Of a stretch of DNA of 55,740 nucleotides, positions 53,801 to 55,740 are shown one piece after another. Position numbers and translations under genes: made by a program. The notes below the pieces were generated by a model, which did not search any database, was not told the DNA's origin, and was given only the letters and a program-made list of their open reading frames with translations. The stretch's first letter is position 1. The number at the start of each line of letters is the position of its first letter. The stretch spans positions 1-55,740 of the forward strand of contig DATKYN010000153.1 in assembly GCA_035528435.1 (NCBI GenBank). Direction: 5' to 3'. The stretch is from Burkholderiales bacterium. GTDB taxonomy: Bacteria > Pseudomonadota > Gammaproteobacteria > Burkholderiales > Eutrophovitaceae.

Positions 53801-55609
53801 ATGTTTGATCGTTTCCAACGTTTTGTGTCTGTTCCGGTTTTGGCCATCGTGACTTGTTTCGGCGTTGCGCCGGCACTGGCGGTGGACGATTCCCGGCTCA
53901 CGTCGGCGTCGAACGAGACGACCGACTGGCTGACCTACGGCCATACCTACGAGAACCAGCGCTTCTCCGCACTTGATCAGATCAATCGGGATAACGTGAC
54001 GCAACTTGTCCCGCGCTGGATTTATCAAACCGGAATCAGCGCGACCTTTCTGGCCAGCCCTGTCGTTGCGGACGGTGTCATGTACGTGTCGACGCCGCGC
54101 AACGACGTTGTTGCGCTGGATGCGGTGACCGGTGCCGAGAAGTGGCGTTATCGCCACCAGATGAAAACGAGCAAGCTGTGCTGCGGACCGGCTAACCGTG
54201 GCGTCTCGATCGGATATGGTGCTGTTTACATGGCCAGCGCGGATGCGCGGCTGATTGCGCTCGACATGGAAACCGGTGCAGTCATATGGGACATCTTCAT
54301 GGCAGTGCCTGATGAAGATCCCACTGAGACCGTCGCCGAACTGGCCAAGGACGATCCTTACCGCAATCAGAAGGTCACCGGTTCCAGTGGCCTCGGTGCC
54401 AACATGGCGCCACTGGTCTTTGACGGCATGATCATCGCCGGTGTGACCGGTGCCGGATACGGATTACATGTGGATGCCGAATCGGGTGAGGAACTCGGTG
54501 CGGTGATCGGCTTCCAGGGCAGTTTCGGCCGACGTGGTTATCTTGCCGCATACGATGCCGAATCCGGCGAAGAAATCTGGCGTTGGTACACGACCAAGGC
54601 CGACGGATGGGAAGGAGAATGGCGAACGGAAACACCGGATGGTGCGCCGTTGTATCGGGATATTGCCGCAGAAAAATCCCGCATGACGGAGTATGCCGAC
54701 GCCTGGAAGGTCGGAGGTGGTTCACTCTGGTCAACGCCGGCGCTCGATTCCGAGCTCGGTCTGCTTTACCTCGGAACAGGAAATCCGGCACCTCAAATGG
54801 ATGATGTTTCACGGCCGGGCGACAACCTGTACACGCTTTCTGTGGTTGCGCTCGATGCGCGAACCGGAAAACTTCGCTGGTATTACCAGCAAGTCCCGCA
54901 CGACCTTTGGGGTTATGACGTCGGTAGCCCGCCAGTACTGTTCGATGTCGAGCACAAAGGGCGGACAGTCAAGGCAGTCGGCGAGGCGTCCAAAACCGGC
55001 TGGTTTTATGTCAATGATCGCGTGACCGGGGAATTGCTGTTCAAATCCGAGAACTATGTTCCCCACCGCAACATCTTTCGCCCCCCCACTGAAGAAGGTG
55101 TGACCATCGCGCCAGGTGCAGCGGGCGGGACTTCGTGGTCACCCGTATCGTTTGATCCCGCGACCGGGCTCGCGTACATCGCAGGTCTTCATATGCCGAC
55201 GAAGTACACGGTGCGAGAGCGCCCGGCCAGCAATGGCAAGCCGGCAGTGCGGTATTCAAAGCTCGAAGTCGCTGATGAACCACGCTGGGGAATACTGAGT
55301 GCCATCGACACCCGTGCCCAGGGAAAGATTCGCTGGCAGACGAAAACGAAAGACATTCTGATTGGCGGTGTGCTGGCCACGTCCGGCGGGCTGGTGTTTA
55401 TGGGGCAGGGAACGGGCGAGTTCTCGGCATTCGATTCCGCAACCGGCGAACATCTCTGGTCGTTTAACTGTGGTGCGGGCGTGAATGCGCCACCGATCAC
55501 CTATGAAATCGACGGTACGCAATACGTGACGGTTGCCGCCGGAGGGCACAATCTGTTCGGCTTTCCGCGCGGCAATGCGTTGATGACGTTTGCGTTACCC
55601 GGGAAGTAA
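53801..55609 (+). CDS. PQQ-dependent dehydrogenase, divergent member of the CC-containing alcohol dehydrogenase family
   Basis: Signal peptide, vicinal CC (SKLCCGPANRG), GTGNPAPQ, propeller repeats. Carries GAGYG (54449-54463) in place of GGEYG and WGYD (54908-54919) in place of WDYD. RBS AGGAGA. Confidence 0.9.
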   Translation: MFDRFQRFVSVPVLAIVTCFGVAPALAVDDSRLTSASNETTDWLTYGHTYENQRFSALDQINRDNVTQLVPRWIYQTGISATFLASPVVADGVMYVSTPRNDVVALDAVTGAEKWRYRHQMKTSKLCCGPANRGVSIGYGAVYMASADARLIALDMETGAVIWDIFMAVPDEDPTETVAELAKDDPYRNQKVTGSSGLGANMAPLVFDGMIIAGVTGAGYGLHVDAESGEELGAVIGFQGSFGRRGYLAAYDAESGEEIWRWYTTKADGWEGEWRTETPDGAPLYRDIAAEKSRMTEYADAWKVGGGSLWSTPALDSELGLLYLGTGNPAPQMDDVSRPGDNLYTLSVVALDARTGKLRWYYQQVPHDLWGYDVGSPPVLFDVEHKGRTVKAVGEASKTGWFYVNDRVTGELLFKSENYVPHRNIFRPPTEEGVTIAPGAAGGTSWSPVSFDPATGLAYIAGLHMPTKYTVRERPASNGKPAVRYSKLEVADEPRWGILSAIDTRAQGKIRWQTKTKDILIGGVLATSGGLVFMGQGTGEFSAFDSATGEHLWSFNCGAGVNAPPITYEIDGTQYVTVAAGGHNLFGFPRGNALMTFALPGK

Positions 55610-55740
55610 ACGGCGAGCGAAAAACGGAAAAAAGAGTTGCCAGTCATGGCCCCTTTTTTCATCTTTGATCCGATGGTTTTCTGAAGCCCGCTATTGGCCG
55701 GAAGCAGCCGCTCACCATCATGTGTTGGCCGGGGACACTG

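Overview
GC-rich proteobacterial chromosomal segment (probably gammaproteobacterial; taxonomy is a guess) with about 48 supportable protein genes. I found no rRNA, tRNA, CRISPR array, transposase or integrase. Contents in order: HAD hydrolase, Tat-exported transglutaminase-like protein, TlpA and an orphan aceE; lrp overlapping a LOG-family gene; a low-GC islet with an MCR-like phosphoethanolamine transferase plus PAP2 phosphatase; slyD; a two-gene RND pump; an MlrC-like peptidase with an Opu-type ABC importer; an unannotated 29-codon membrane ORF ahead of a low-GC sodium:solute symporter; SDR; secreted glutaminase. A same-strand catabolic block at 23.9-32.7 kb holds an epoxide-hydrolase-like protein, DctPQM TRAP, a fluoroacetate-dehalogenase-type hydrolase, Zn-ADH, ALDH and a ketopantoate-reductase-family protein. 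After it come a dienelactone hydrolase, a DehI-family protein, an H1-like Lys/Ala-repeat protein, VOC, a bicupin, LysR with a DUF2917-like partner, a PQQ alcohol dehydrogenase with the lanthanide-type DYD motif plus cytochrome c, an arylsulfatase-B-like protein with a degenerate active site, a three-gene membrane/vWA (Bat-like) operon with no MoxR or DUF58 gene anywhere in the window, a Cys-rich secreted protein, a desaturase, and a second PQQ dehydrogenase with altered metal and catalytic positions. The most interesting candidates are the MCR-like/PAP2 islet, the possible halo-organic or C2 catabolic neighbourhood, the ATPase-less Bat-like vWA operon, and the two enzymes with non-canonical active sites (sulfatase-like, second PQQ dehydrogenase). 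All functions are read by eye from motifs; no database searches were run.
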